From Auanema rhodensis (lineage: Eukaryota; Animalia; Nematoda): a stretch of DNA of 64,000 nucleotides. Positions 24,601 to 39,671 of the stretch are shown in pieces (position 1 is the first letter of the stretch; the number at the start of each line of letters is the position of its first letter). The stretch covers positions 496,001 to 560,000 of the forward strand of contig OZ059898.1 in assembly GCA_964057225.1 (NCBI GenBank), read 5' to 3'. Position numbers and translations under genes: made by a program. A model generated the notes under the pieces. That model was not told the DNA's origin. It was given only the letters and a program-made list of their open reading frames with translations, and made no database searches.

Positions 24601-27600
24601 AAAATGCACCGAGATATCAACTGATATAAGTTCACACTTATATCCTCGATTTTCACCCTGAAGAATTAATTTTTTCGTTGAATAACATTGTCCATCGTCT
24701 TTGCCTTGAAAAAAGGAATCTAAAAACATCTACTTTTTGCTAAATTATTTTGAAATTTTTCGAAAAAATTTTTGTCAAAATGTTTTTGGAAGCAATGTTG
24801 AGTGTACATGGAAACTCAACATACACTAATGCATTATTTTTCAAACGATCATAACTAATTTTTGTATTAAGCGTTTCTCAATGTAGTATAGTGCATTCGA
24901 TGCGGATTTTTAAGCTGCGTCGATCTGTGTTATCAGATTTGCGCTAGCTTAAAAATGCACCGAGATATCAACTGATATAAGTTCACACTTATATCCTCAA
25001 TTTTCACCCTGAAAAATTAATTTTTTCGTTGAATAACATTGTCCATCGTCTTTGCCTTGAAAAAAGGAATCTAAAAACATCTACTTTTTGCTAAATTATT
25101 TTGAAAATTTTCGAAAAAATTTTTGTCAAAATGTTTTTGGAAGCAATGTTGAGTGTACATGGAAACTCAACATACACTAATGCATCATTTTTCAAACGAT
25201 CATAACTAATTTTTGTATTAAGCGTTTCTCAATGTAGTATAGTGCATTCGATGCGGATTTTTAAGCTGCGTCGATCTGTGTTATCAGATTTGCGCTAGCT
25301 TAAAAATGCACCGAGATATCAACTGATATAAGTTCACACTTATATCCTCGATTTTCACCCTGAAGAATTAATGTTTTCGTTGAATAACATTGTCCATCGT
25401 CTTTGCCTTGAAAAAAGGAATCTAAAAACATCTACTTTTTGCTAAATTATTTTGAAATTTTTCGAAAAAATTTTTGTCAAAATGTTTTTGGAAGCAATGT
25501 TGAGTGTACATGGAAACTCAACATACACTAATGCATCATTTTTCAAACGATCATAACTAATTTTTGTATTAAGCGTTTCTCAATGTAGTATAGTGCATTC
25601 GATGCGGATTTTTAAGCTGCGTCGATCTGTGTTATCAGATTTGCGCTAGCTTAAAAATGCACCGAGATATCAACTGATATAAGTTCACACTTATATCCTC
25701 GATTTTCACCCTGAAGAATTAATTTTTTCGTTGAATAACATTGTCCATCGTCTTTGCCTTGAAAAAAGGAATCTAAAAACATCTACTTTTTGCTAAATTA
25801 TTTTGAAATTTTTCGAAAAAATTTTTGTCAAAATGTTTTTGGAAGCAATGTTGAGTGTACATGGAAACTCAACATACACTAATGCATCATTTTTCAAACG
25901 ATCATAACTAATTTTTGTATTAAGCGTTTCTCAATGTAGTATAGTGCATTCGATGCGGATTTTTAAGCTGCGTCGATCTGTGTTATCAGATTTGCGCTAG
26001 CTTAAAAATGCACCGAGATATCAACTGATATAAGTTCACACTTATATCCTCGATTTTCACCCTGAAGAATTAATGTTTTCGTTGAATAACATTGTCCATC
26101 GTCTTTGCCTTGAAAAAAGGAATCTAAAAACATCTACTTTTTGCTAAATTATTTTGAAATTTTTCGAAAAAATTTTTGTCAAAATGTTTTTGGAAGCAAT
26201 GTTGAGTGTACATGGAAACTCAACATACACTAATGCATCATTTTTCAAACGATCATAACTAATTTTTGTATTAAGCGTTTCTCAATGTAGTATAGTGCAT
26301 TCGATGCGGATTTTTAAGCTGCGTCGATCTGTGTTATCAGATTTGCGCTAGCTTAAAAATGCACCGAGATATCAACTGATATAAGTTCACACTTATATCC
26401 TCGATTTTCACCCTGAAGAATTAATTTTTTCGTTGAATAACATTGTCCATCGTCTTTGCCTTGAAAAAAGGAATCTAAAAACATCTACTTTTTGCTAAAT
26501 TATTTTGAAATTTTTCGAAAAAATTTTTGTCAAAATGTTTTTGGAAGCAATGTTGAGTGTACATGGAAACTCAACATACACTAATGCATCATTTTTCAAA
26601 CGATCATAACTAATTTTTGTATTAAGCGTTTCTCAATGTAGTATAGTGCATTCGATGCGGATTTTTAAGCTGCGTCGATCTGTGTTATCAGATTTGCGCT
26701 AGCTTAAAAATGCACCGAGATATCAACTGATATAAGTTCACACTTATATCCTCGATTTTCACCCTGAAGAATTAATTTTTTCGTTGAATAACATTGTCCA
26801 TCGTCTTTGCCTTGAAAAAAGGAATCTAAAAACATCTACTTTTTGCTAAATTATTTTGAAATTTTTCGAAAAAATTTTTGTCAAAATGTTTTTGGAAGCA
26901 ATGTTGAGTGTACATGGAAACTCAACATACACTAATGCATTATTTTTCAAACGATCATAACTAATTTTTGTATTAAGCGTTTCTCAATGTAGTATAGTGC
27001 ATTCGATGCGGATTTTTAAGCTGCGTCGATCTGTGTTATCAGATTTGCGCTAGCTTAAAAATGCACCGAGATATCAACTGATATAAGTTCACACTTATAT
27101 CCTCAATTTTCACCCTGAAAAATTAATTTTTTCGTTGAATAACATTGTCCATCGTCTTTGCCTTGAAAAAAGGAATCTAAAAACATCTACTTTTTGCTAA
27201 ATTATTTTGAAAATTTTCGAAAAAATTTTTGTCAAAATGTTTTTGGAAGCAATGTTGAGTGTACATGGAAACTCAACATACACTAATGCATCATTTTTCA
27301 AACGATCATAACTAATTTTTGTATTAAGCGTTTCTCAATGTAGTATAGTGCATTCGATGCGGATTTTTAAGCTGCGTCGATCTGTGTTATCAGATTTGCG
27401 CTAGCTTAAAAATGCACCGAGATATCAACTGATATAAGTTCACACTTATATCCTCGATTTTCACCCTGAAGAATTAATTTTTTCGTTGAATAACATTGTC
27501 CATCGTCTTTGCCTTGAAAAAAAGAATCTAAAAACATCTACTTTTTGCTAAATTATTTTGAAATTTTTCGAAAAAATTTTTGTCAAAATGTTTTTGGAAG

Positions 27601-30194
27601 CAATGTTGAGTGTACATGGAAACTCAACATACACTAATGCATCATTTTTCAAACGATCATAACTAATTTTTGTATTAAGCGTTTCTCAATGTAGTATAGT
27701 GCATTCGATGCGGATTTTTAAGCTGCGTCGATCTGTGTTATCAGATTTGCGCTAGCTTAAAAATGCACCGAGATATCAACTGATATAAGTTCACACTTAT
27801 ATCCTCGATTTTTACCCTGAAGAATTAATTTTTTCGTTGAATAACATTGTCCATCGTCTTTGCCTTGAAAAAAGGAATCTAAAAACATCTACTATTTGCT
27901 AAATTATTTTGAAATTTTTCGAAAAAATTTTTGTCAAAATGTTTTTGGAAGCAATGTTGAGTGTACATGGAAACTCAACATACACTAATGCATCATTTTT
28001 CAAACGATCATAACTAATTTTTGTATTAAGCGTTTCTCAATGTAGTATAGTGCATTCGATGCGGATTTTTAAGCTGCGTCGATCTGTGTTATCAGATTTG
28101 CGCTAGCTTAAAAATGCACCGAGATATCAACTGATATAAGTTCACACTTATATCCTCGATTTTTACCCTGAAGAATTAATTTTTTCGTTGAATAACATTG
28201 TCCATCGTCTTTGCCTTGAAAAAAGGAATCTAAAAACATCTACTTTTTGCTAAATTATTTTGAAATTTTTCGAAAAAATTTTTGTCAAAATGTTTTTGGA
28301 AGCAATGTTGAGTGTACATGGAAACTCAACATACACTAATGCATCATTTTTCAAACGATCATAACTAATTTTTGTATTAAGCGTTTCTCAATGTAGTATA
28401 GTGCATTCGATGCGGATTTTTAAGCTGCGTCGATCTGTGTTATCAGATTTGCGCTAGCTTAAAAATGCACCGAGATATCAACTGATATAAGTTCACACTT
28501 ATATCCTCGATTTTTACCCTGAAGAATTAATTTTTTCGTTGAATAACATTGTCCATCGTCTTTGCCTTGAAAAAAGGAATCTAAAAACATCTACTTTTTG
28601 CTAAATTATTTTGAAATTTTTCGAAAAAATTTTTGTCAAAATGTTTTTGGAAGCAATGTTGAGTGTACATGGAAACTCAACATACACTAATGCATCATTT
28701 TTCAAACGATCATAACTAATTTTTGTATTAAGCGTTTCTCAATGTAGTATAGTGCATTCGATGCGGATTTTTAAGCTGCGTCGATCTGTGTTATCAGATT
28801 TGCGCTAGCTTAAAAATGCACCGAGATATCAACTGATATAAGTTCACACTTATATCCTCGATTTTCACCCTGAAGAATTAATTTTTTCGTTGAATAACAT
28901 TGTCCATCGTCTTTGCCTTGAAAAAAGGAATCTAAAAACATCTACTATTTGCTAAATTATTTTGAAATTTTTCGAAAAAATTTTTGTCAAAATGTTTTTG
29001 GAAGCAATGTTGAGTGTACATGGAAACTCAACATACACTAATGCATCATTTTTCAAACGATCATAACTAATTTTTGTATTAAGCGTTTCTCAATGTAGTA
29101 TAGTGCATTCGATGCGGATTTTTAAGCTGCGTCGATCTGTGTTATCAGATTTGCGCTAGCTTAAAAATGCACCGAGATATCAACTGATATAAGTTCACAC
29201 TTATATCCTCGATTTTTACCCTGAAGAATTAATTTTTTCGTTGAATAACATTGTCCATCGTCTTTGCCTTGAAAAAAGGAATCTAAAAACATCTACTTTT
29301 TGCTAAATTATTTTGAAATTTTTCGAAAAAATTTTTGTCAAAATGTTTTTGGAAGCAATGTTGAGTGTACATGGAAACTCAACATACACTAATGCATCAT
29401 TTTTCAAACGATCATAACTAATTTTTGTATTAAGCGTTTCTCAATGTAGTATAGTGCATTCGATGCGGATTTTTAAGCTGCGTCGATCTGTGTTATCAGA
29501 TTTGCGCTAGCTTAAAAATGCACCGAGATATCAACTGATATAAGTTCACACTTATATCCTCGATTTTTACCCTGAAGAATTAATTTTTTCGTTGAATAAC
29601 ATTGTCCATCGTCTTTGCCTTGAAAAAAGGAATCTAAAAACATCTACTTTTTGCTAAATTATTTTGAAATTTTTCGAAAAAATTTTTGTCAAAATGTTTT
29701 TGGAAGCAATGTTGAGTGTACATGGAAACTCAACATACACTAATGCATCATTTTTCAAACGATCATAACTAATTTTTGTATTAAGCGTTTCTCAATGTAG
29801 TATAGTGCATTCGATGCGGATTTTTAAGCTGCGTCGATCTGTGTTATCAGATTTGCGCTAGCTTAAAAATGCACCGAGATATCAACTGATATAAGTTCAC
29901 ACTTATATCCTCGATTTTCACCCTGAAGAATTAATTTTTTCGTTGAATAACATTGTCCATCGTCTTTGCCTTGAAAAAAGGAATCTAAAAACATCTACTT
30001 TTTGCTAAATTATTTTGAAATTTTTCGAAAAAATTTTTGTCAAAATGTTTTTGGAAGCAATGTTGAGTGTACATGGAAACTCAACATACACTAATGCATC
30101 ATTTTTCAAACGATCATAACTAATTTTTGTATTAAGCGTTTCTCAATGTAGTATAGTGCATTCGATGCGGATTTTTAAGCTGCGTCGATCTGTG

Positions 30195-32300
30195 TTATCA
30201 GATTTGCGCTAGCTTAAAAATGCACCGAGATATCAACTGATATAAGTTCACACTTATATCCTCGATTTTCACCCTGAAGAATTAATTTTTTCGTTGAATA
30301 ACATTGTCCATCGTCTTTGCCTTGAAAAAAGGAATCTAAAAACATCTACTTTTTGCTAAATTATTTTGAAATTTTTCGAAAAAATTTTTGTCAAAATGTT
30401 TTTGGAAGCAATGTTGAGTGTACATGGAAACTCAACATACACTAATGCATCATTTTTCAAACGATCATAACTAATTTTTGTATTAAGCGTTTCTCAATGT
30501 AGTATAGTGCATTCGATGCGGATTTTTAAGCTGCGTCGATCTGTGTTATCAGATTTGCGCTAGCTTAAAAATGCACCGAGATATCATTTGATATAAGTTC
30601 ACACTTATATCCTCGATTTTCACCCTGAAGAATTAATTTTTTCGTTGAATAACATTGTCCATCGTCTTTGCCTTGAAAAAAGGAATCTAAAAACATCTAC
30701 TTTTTGCTAAAATATTTTGAAATTTTTCGAAAAAATTTTTGTCAAAATGTTTTTGGAAGCAATGTTGAGTGTACATGGAAACTCAACATACACTAATGCA
30801 TCATTTTTCAAACGATCATAACTAATTTTTGTATTAAGCGTTTCTCAATGTAGTATAGTGCATTCGATGCGGATTTTTAAGCTGCGTCGATCTGTGTTAT
30901 CAGATTTGCGCTATCTTAAAAATGCACCGAGATATCAACTGATATAAGTTCACACTTATATCCTCGATTTTCACCCTGAAGAATTAATTTTTTCGTTGAA
31001 TAACATTGTCCATCGTCTTTGCCTTGAAAAAAGGAATCTAAAAACATCTACTTTTTGCTAAATTATTTTGAAATTTTTCGAAAAAATTTTTGTCAAAATG
31101 TTTTTGGAAGCAATGTTGAGTGTACATGGAAACTCAACATACACTAATGCATCATTTTTCAAACGATCATAACTAATTTTTGTATTAAGCGTTTCTCAAT
31201 GTAGTATAGTGCATTCGATGCGGATTTTTAAGCTGCGTCGATCTGTGTTATCAGATTTGCGCTAGCTTAAAAATGCACCGAGATATCAACTGATATAAGT
31301 TCACACTTATATCCTCGATTTTCACCCTGAAGAATTAATTTTTTCGTTGAATAACATTGTCCATCGTCTTTGCCTTGAAAAAAGGAATCTAAAAACATCT
31401 ACTTTTTGCTAAATTATTTTGAAATTTTTCGAAAAAATTTTTGTCAAAATGTTTTTGGAAGCAATGTTGAGTGTACATGGAAACTCAACATACACTAATG
31501 CATCATTTTTCAAACGATCATAACTAATTTTTGTATTAAGCGTTTCTCAATGTAGTATAGTGCATTCGATGCGGATTTTTAAGCTGCGTCGATCTGTGTT
31601 ATCAGATTTGCGCTAGCTTAAAAATGCACCGAGATATCATTTGATATAAGTTCACACTTATATCCTCGATTTTCACCCTGAAGAATTAATTTTTTCGTTG
31701 AATAACATTGTCCATCGTCTTTGCCTTGAAAAAAGGAATCTAAAAACATCTACTTTTTGCTAAAATATTTTGAAATTTTTCGAAAAAATTTTTGTCAAAA
31801 TGTTTTTGGAAGCAATGTTGAGTGTACATGGAAACTCAACATACACTAATGCATCATTTTTCAAACGATCATAACTAATTTTTGTATTAAGCGTTTCTCA
31901 ATGTAGTATAGTGCATTCGATGCGGATTTTTAAGCTGCGTCGATCTGTGTTATCAGATTTGCGCTATCTTAAAAATGCACCGAGATATCAACTGATATAA
32001 GTTCACACTTATATCCTCGATTTTCACCCTGAAGAATTAATTTTTTCGTTGAATAACATTGTCCATCGTCTTTGCCTTGAAAAAAGGAATCTAAAAACAT
32101 CTACTTTTTGCTAAATTATTTTGAAATTTTTCGAAAAAATTTTTGTCAAAATGTTTTTGGAAGCAATGTTGAGTGTACATGGAAACTCAACATACACTAA
32201 TGCATCATTTTTCAAACGATCATAACTAATTTTTGTATTAAGCGTTTCTCAATGTAGTATAGTGCATTCGATGCGGATTTTTAAGCTGCGTCGATCTGTG
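30195..32300. repeat. 3-monomer duplication (1053 bp x2)
   Basis: atcatttg+aaaatatt in monomers 88 and 91, and gctatctt (G18T) in monomers 89 and 92. Confidence 0.85.
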
Positions 32301-35300
32301 TTATCAGATTTGCGCTAGCTTAAAAATGCACCGAGATATCAACTGATATAAGTTCACACTTATATCCTCGATTTTCACCCTGAAGAATTAATTTTTTCGT
32401 TGAATAACATTGTCCATCGTCTTTGCCTTGAAAAAAGGAATCTAAAAACATCTACTTTTTGCTAAATTATTTTGAAATTTTTCGAAAAAATTTTTGTCAA
32501 AATGTTTTTGGAAGCAATGTTGAGTGTACATGGAAACTCAACATACACTAATGCATCATTTTTCAAACGATCATAACTAATTTTTGTATTAAGCGTTTCT
32601 CAATGTAGTATAGTGCATTCGATGCGGATTTTTAAGCTGCGTCGATCTGTGTTATCAGATTTGCGCTAGCTTAAAAATGCACCGAGATATCAACTGATAT
32701 AAGTTCACACTTATATCCTCGATTTTCACCCTGAAGAATTAATTTTTTCGTTGAATAACATTGTCCATCGTCTTTGCCTTGAAAAAAGGAATCTAAAAAC
32801 ATCTACTTTTTGCTAAATTATTTTGAAATTTTTCGAAAAAATTTTTGTCAAAATGTTTTTGGAAGCAATGTTGAGTGTACATGGAAACTCAACATACACT
32901 AATGCATCATTTTTCAAACGATCATAACTAATTTTTGTATTAAGCGTTTCTCAATGTAGTATAGTGCATTCGATGCGGATTTTTAAGCTGCGTCGATCTG
33001 TGTTATCAGATTTGCGCTAGCTTAAAAATGCACCGAGATATCAACTGATATAAGTTCACACTTATATCCTCGATTTTCACCCTGAAGAATTAATTTTTTC
33101 GTTGAATAACATTGTCCATCGTCTTTGCCTTGAAAAAAGGAATCTAAAAACATCTACTTTTTGCTAAATTATTTTGAAATTTTTCGAAAAAATTTTTGTC
33201 AAAATGTTTTTGGAAGCAATGTTGAGTGTACATGGAAACTCAACATACACTAATGCATCATTTTTCAAACGATCATAACTAATTTTTGTATTAAGCGTTT
33301 CTCAATGTAGTATAGTGCATTCGATGCGGATTTTTAAGCTGCGTCGATCTGTGTTATCAGATTTGCGCTAGCTTAAAAATGCACCGAGATATCAACTGAT
33401 ATAAGTTCACACTTATATCCTCGATTTTTACCCTGAAGAATTAATTTTTTTGTTGAATAACATTGTCCATCGTCTTTGCCTTGAAAAAAGGAATCTAAAA
33501 ACATCTACTATTTGCTAAATTATTTTGAAATTTTTCGAAAAAATTTTTGTCAAAATGTTTTTGGAAGCAATGTTGAGTGTACATGGAAACTCAACATACA
33601 CTAATGCATCATTTTTCAAACGATCATAACTAATTTTTGTATTAAGCGTTTCTCAATGTAGTATAGTGCATTCGATGCGGATTTTTAAGCTGCGTCGATC
33701 TGTGTTATCAGATTTGCGCTAGCTTAAAAATGCACCGAGATATCAACTGATATAAGTTCACACTTATATCCTCGATTTTTACCCTGAAGAATTAATTTTT
33801 TCGTTGAATAACATTGTCCATCGTCTTTGCCTTGAAAAAAGGAATCTAAAAACATCTACTTTTTGCTAAATTATTTTGAAATTTTTCGAAAAAATTTTTG
33901 TCAAAATGTTTTTGGAAGCAATGTTGAGTGTACATGGAAACTCAACATACACTAATGCATCATTTTTCAAACGATCATAACTAATTTTTGTATTAAGCGT
34001 TTCTCAATGTAGTATAGTGCATTCGATGCGGATTTTTAAGCTGCGTCGATCTGTGTTATCAGATTTGCGCTAGCTTAAAAATGCACCGAGATATCAACTG
34101 ATATAAGTTCACACTTATATCCTCGATTTTCACCCTGAAGAATTAATTTTTTCGTTGAATAACATTGTCCATCGTCTTTGCCTTGAAAAAAGGAATCTAA
34201 AAACATCTACTTTTTGCTAAATTATTTTGAAATTTTTCGAAAAAATTTTTGTCAAAATGTTTTTGGAAGCAATGTTGAGTGTACATGGAAACTCAACATA
34301 CACTAATGCATCATTTTTCAAACGATCATAACTAATTTTTGTATTAAGCGTTTCTCAATGTAGTATAGTGCATTCGATGCGGATTTTTAAGCTGCGTCGA
34401 TCTGTGTTATCAGATTTGCGCTAGCTTAAAAATGCACCGAGATATCAACTGATATAAGTTCACACTTATATCCTCGATTTTTACCCTGAAGAATTAATTT
34501 TTTCGTTGAATAACATTGTCCATCGTCTTTGCCTTGAAAAAAGGAATCTAAAAACATCTACTTTTTGCTAAATTATTTTGAAATTTTTCGAAAAAATTTT
34601 TGTCAAAATGTTTTTGGAAGCAATGTTGAGTGTACATGGAAACTCAACATACACTAATGCATCATTTTTCAAACGATCATAACTAATTTTTGTATTAAGC
34701 GTTTCTCAATGTAGTATAGTGCATTCGATGCGGATTTTTAAGCTGCGTCGATCTGTGTTATCAGATTTGCGCTAGCTTAAAAATGCACCGAGATATCAAC
34801 TGATATAAGTTCACACTTATATCCTCGATTTTCACCCTGAAGAATTAATTTTTTCGTTGAATAACATTGTCCATCGTCTTTGCCTTGAAAAAAGGAATCT
34901 AAAAACATCTACTTTTTGCTAAATTATTTTGAAATTTTTCGAAAAAATTTTTGTCAAAATGTTTTTGGAAGCAATGTTGAGTGTACATGGAAACTCAACA
35001 TACACTAATGCATCATTTTTCAAACGATCATAACTAATTTTTGTATTAAGCGTTTCTCAATGTAGTATAGTGCATTCGATGTGGATTTTTAAGCTGCGTC
35101 GATCTGTGTTATCAGATTTGCGCTAGCTTAAAAATGCACCGAGATATCAACTGATATAAGTTCACACTTATATCCTCGATTTTCACCCTGAAGAATTAAT
35201 TTTTTCGTTGAATAACATTGTCCATCGTCTTTGCCTTGAAAAAAGGAATCTAAAAACATCTACTTTTTGCTAAATTATTTTGAAATTTTTCGAAAAAATT

Positions 35301-38300
35301 TTTGTCAAAATGTTTTTGGAAGCAATGTTGAGTGTACATGGAAACTCAACATACACTAATGCATCATTTTTCAAACGATCATAACTAATTTTTGTATTAA
35401 GCGTTTCTCGATGTAGTATAGTGCATTCGATGCGGATTTTTAAGCTGCGTCGATCTGTGTTATCAGATTTGCGCTAGCTTAAAAATGCACCGAGATATCA
35501 ACTGATATAAGTTCACACTTATATCCTCGATTTTCACCCTGAAGAATTAATTTTTTCGTTGAATAACATTGTCCATCGTCTTTGCCTTGAAAAAAGGAAT
35601 CTAAAAACATCTACTTTTTGCTAAATTATTTTGAAATTTTTCGAAAAAATTTTTGTCAAAATGTTTTTGGAAGCAATGTTGAGTGTACATGGAAACTCAA
35701 CATACACTAATGCATCATTTTTCAAACGATCATAACTAATTTTTGTATTAAGCGTTTCTCAATGTAGTATAGTGCATTCGATGCGGATTTTTAAGCTGCG
35801 TCGATCTGTGTTATCAGATTTGCGCTAGCTTAAAAATGCACCGAGATATCAACTGATATAAGTTCACACTTATATCCTCGATTTTCACCCTGAAGAATTA
35901 ATTTTTTCGTTGAATAACATTGTCCATCGTCTTTGCCTTGAAAAAAGGAATCTAAAAACATCTACTTTTTGCTAAATTATTTTGAAATTTTTCGAAAAAA
36001 TTTTTGTCAAAATGTTTTTGGAAGCAATGTTGAGTGTACATGGAAACTCAACATACACTAATGCATCATTTTTCAAACGATCATAACTAATTTTTGTATT
36101 AAGCGTTTCTCAATGTAGTATAGTGCATTCGATGCGGATTTTTAAGCTGCGTCGATCTGTGTTATCAGATTTGCGCTAGCTTAAAAATGCACCGAGATAT
36201 CAACTGATATAAGTTCACACTTATATCCTCGATTTTCACCCTGAAGAATTAATTTTTTCGTTGAATAACATTGTCCATCGTCTTTGCCTTGAAAAAAGGA
36301 ATCTAAAAACATCTACTTTTTGCTAAATTATTTTGAAATTTTTCGAAAAAATTTTTGTCAAAATGTTTTTGGAAGCAATGTTGAGTGTACATGGAAACTC
36401 AACATACACTAATGCATCATTTTTCAAACGATCATAACTAATTTTTGTATTAAGCGTTTCTCAATGTAGTATAGTGCATTCGATGCGGATTTTTAAGCTG
36501 CGTCGATCTGTGTTATCAGATTTGCGCTAGCTTAAAAATGCACCGAGATATCAACTGATATAAGTTCACACTTATATCCTCGATTTTTACCCTGAAGAAT
36601 TAATTTTTTTGTTGAATAACATTGTCCATCGTCTTTGCCTTGAAAAAAGGAATCTAAAAACATCTACTATTTGCTAAATTATTTTGAAATTTTTCGAAAA
36701 AATTTTTGTCAAAATGTTTTTGGAAGCAATGTTGAGTGTACATGGAAACTCAACATACACTAATGCATCATTTTTCAAACGATCATAACTAATTTTTGTA
36801 TTAAGCGTTTCTCAATGTAGTATAGTGCATTCGATGCGGATTTTTAAGCTGCGTCGATCTGTGTTATCAGATTTGCGCTAGCTTAAAAATGCACCGAGAT
36901 ATCAACTGATATAAGTTCACACTTATATCCTCGATTTTTACCCTGAAGAATTAATTTTTTCGTTGAATAACATTGTCCATCGTCTTTGCCTTGAAAAAAG
37001 GAATCTAAAAACATCTACTTTTTGCTAAATTATTTTGAAATTTTTCGAAAAAATTTTTGTCAAAATGTTTTTGGAAGCAATGTTGAGTGTACATGGAAAC
37101 TCAACATACACTAATGCATCATTTTTCAAACGATCATAACTAATTTTTGTATTAAGCGTTTCTCAATGTAGTATAGTGCATTCGATGCGGATTTTTAAGC
37201 TGCGTCGATCTGTGTTATCAGATTTGCGCTAGCTTAAAAATGCACCGAGATATCAACTGATATAAGTTCACACTTATATCCTCGATTTTCACCCTGAAGA
37301 ATTAATTTTTTCGTTGAATAACATTGTCCATCGTCTTTGCCTTGAAAAAAGGAATCTAAAAACATCTACTTTTTGCTAAATTATTTTGAAATTTTTCGAA
37401 AAAATTTTTGTCAAAATGTTTTTGGAAGCAATGTTGAGTGTACATGGAAACTCAACATACACTAATGCATCATTTTTCAAACGATCATAACTAATTTTTG
37501 TATTAAGCGTTTCTCAATGTAGTATAGTGCATTCGATGCGGATTTTTAAGCTGCGTCGATCTGTGTTATCAGATTTGCGCTAGCTTAAAAATGCACCGAG
37601 ATATCAACTGATATAAGTTCACACTTATATCCTCGATTTTTACCCTGAAGAATTAATTTTTTCGTTGAATAACATTGTCCATCGTCTTTGCCTTGAAAAA
37701 AGGAATCTAAAAACATCTACTTTTTGCTAAATTATTTTGAAATTTTTCGAAAAAATTTTTGTCAAAATGTTTTTGGAAGCAATGTTGAGTGTACATGGAA
37801 ACTCAACATACACTAATGCATCATTTTTCAAACGATCATAACTAATTTTTGTATTAAGCGTTTCTCAATGTAGTATAGTGCATTCGATGCGGATTTTTAA
37901 GCTGCGTCGATCTGTGTTATCAGATTTGCGCTAGCTTAAAAATGCACCGAGATATCAACTGATATAAGTTCACACTTATATCCTCGATTTTCACCCTGAA
38001 GAATTAATTTTTTCGTTGAATAACATTGTCCATCGTCTTTGCCTTGAAAAAAGGAATCTAAAAACATCTACTTTTTGCTAAATTATTTTGAAATTTTTCG
38101 AAAAAATTTTTGTCAAAATGTTTTTGGAAGCAATGTTGAGTGTACATGGAAACTCAACATACACTAATGCATCATTTTTCAAACGATCATAACTAATTTT
38201 TGTATTAAGCGTTTCTCAATGTAGTATAGTGCATTCGATGCGGATTTTTAAGCTGCGTCGATCTGTGTTATCAGATTTGCGCTAGCTTAAAAATGCACCG

Positions 38301-38618
38301 AGATATCAACTGATATAAGTTCACACTTATATCCTCGATTTTCACCCTGAAGAATTAATTTTTTCGTTGAATAACATTGTCCATCGTCTTTGCCTTGAAA
38401 AAAGGAATCTAAAAACATCTACTTTTTGCTAAATTATTTTGAAATTTTTCGAAAAAATTTTTGTCAAAATGTTTTTGGAAGCAATGTTGAGTGTACATGG
38501 AAACTCAACATACACTAATGCATCATTTTTCAAACGATCATAACTAATTTTTGTATTAAGCGTTTCTCGATGTAGTATAGTGCATTCGATGCGGATTTTT
38601 AAGCTGCGTCGATCTGTG
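32301..38618. repeat. 9-monomer duplication (3159 bp x2)
   Basis: A triple-variant monomer (C76T, C98T, T157A) at 96 and 105; C76T at 97/106 and 99/108; ttctcgatg at 101/110. One private difference (C325T at 35082). Confidence 0.87.
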
Positions 38619-39671
38619 TTATCAGATTTGCGCTAGCTTAAAAATGCACCGAGATATCAACTGATATAAGTTCACACTTATATCCTCGATTTTCACCCTG
38701 AAGAATTAATTTTTTCGTTGAATAACATTGTCCATCGTCTTTGCCTTGAAAAAAGGAATCTAAAAACATCTACTTTTTGCTAAATTATTTTGAAATTTTT
38801 CGAAAAAATTTTTGTCAAAATGTTTTTGGAAGCAATGTTGAGTGTACATGGAAACTCAACATACACTAATGCATCATTTTTCAAACGATCATAACTAATT
38901 TTTGTATTAAGCGTTTCTCAATGTAGTATAGTGCATTCGATGCGGATTTTTAAGCTGCGTCGATCTGTGTTATCAGATTTGCGCTAGCTTAAAAATGCAC
39001 CGAGATATCAACTGATATAAGTTCACACTTATATCCTCGATTTTCACCCTGAAGAATTAATTTTTTCGTTGAATAACATTGTCCATCGTCTTTGCCTTGA
39101 AAAAAGGAATCTAAAAACATCTACTTTTTGCTAAATTATTTTGAAATTTTTCGAAAAAATTTTTGTCAAAATGTTTTTGGAAGCAATGTTGAGTGTACAT
39201 GGAAACTCAACATACACTAATGCATCATTTTTCAAACGATCATAACTAATTTTTGTATTAAGCGTTTCTCAATGTAGTATAGTGCATTCGATGCGGATTT
39301 TTAAGCTGCGTCGATCTGTGTTATCAGATTTGCGCTAGCTTAAAAATGCACCGAGATATCAACTGATATAAGTTCACACTTATATCCTCGATTTTCACCC
39401 TGAAGAATTAATTTTTTCGTTGAATAACATTGTCCATCGTCTTTGCCTTGAAAAAAGGAATCTAAAAACATCTACTTTTTGCTAAATTATTTTGAAATTT
39501 TTCGAAAAAATTTTTGTCAAAATGTTTTTGGAAGCAATGTTGAGTGTACATGGAAACTCAACATACACTAATGCATCATTTTTCAAACGATCATAACTAA
39601 TTTTTGTATTAAGCGTTTCTCAATGTAGTATAGTGCATTGGATGCGGATTTTTAAGCTGCGTCGATCTGTG

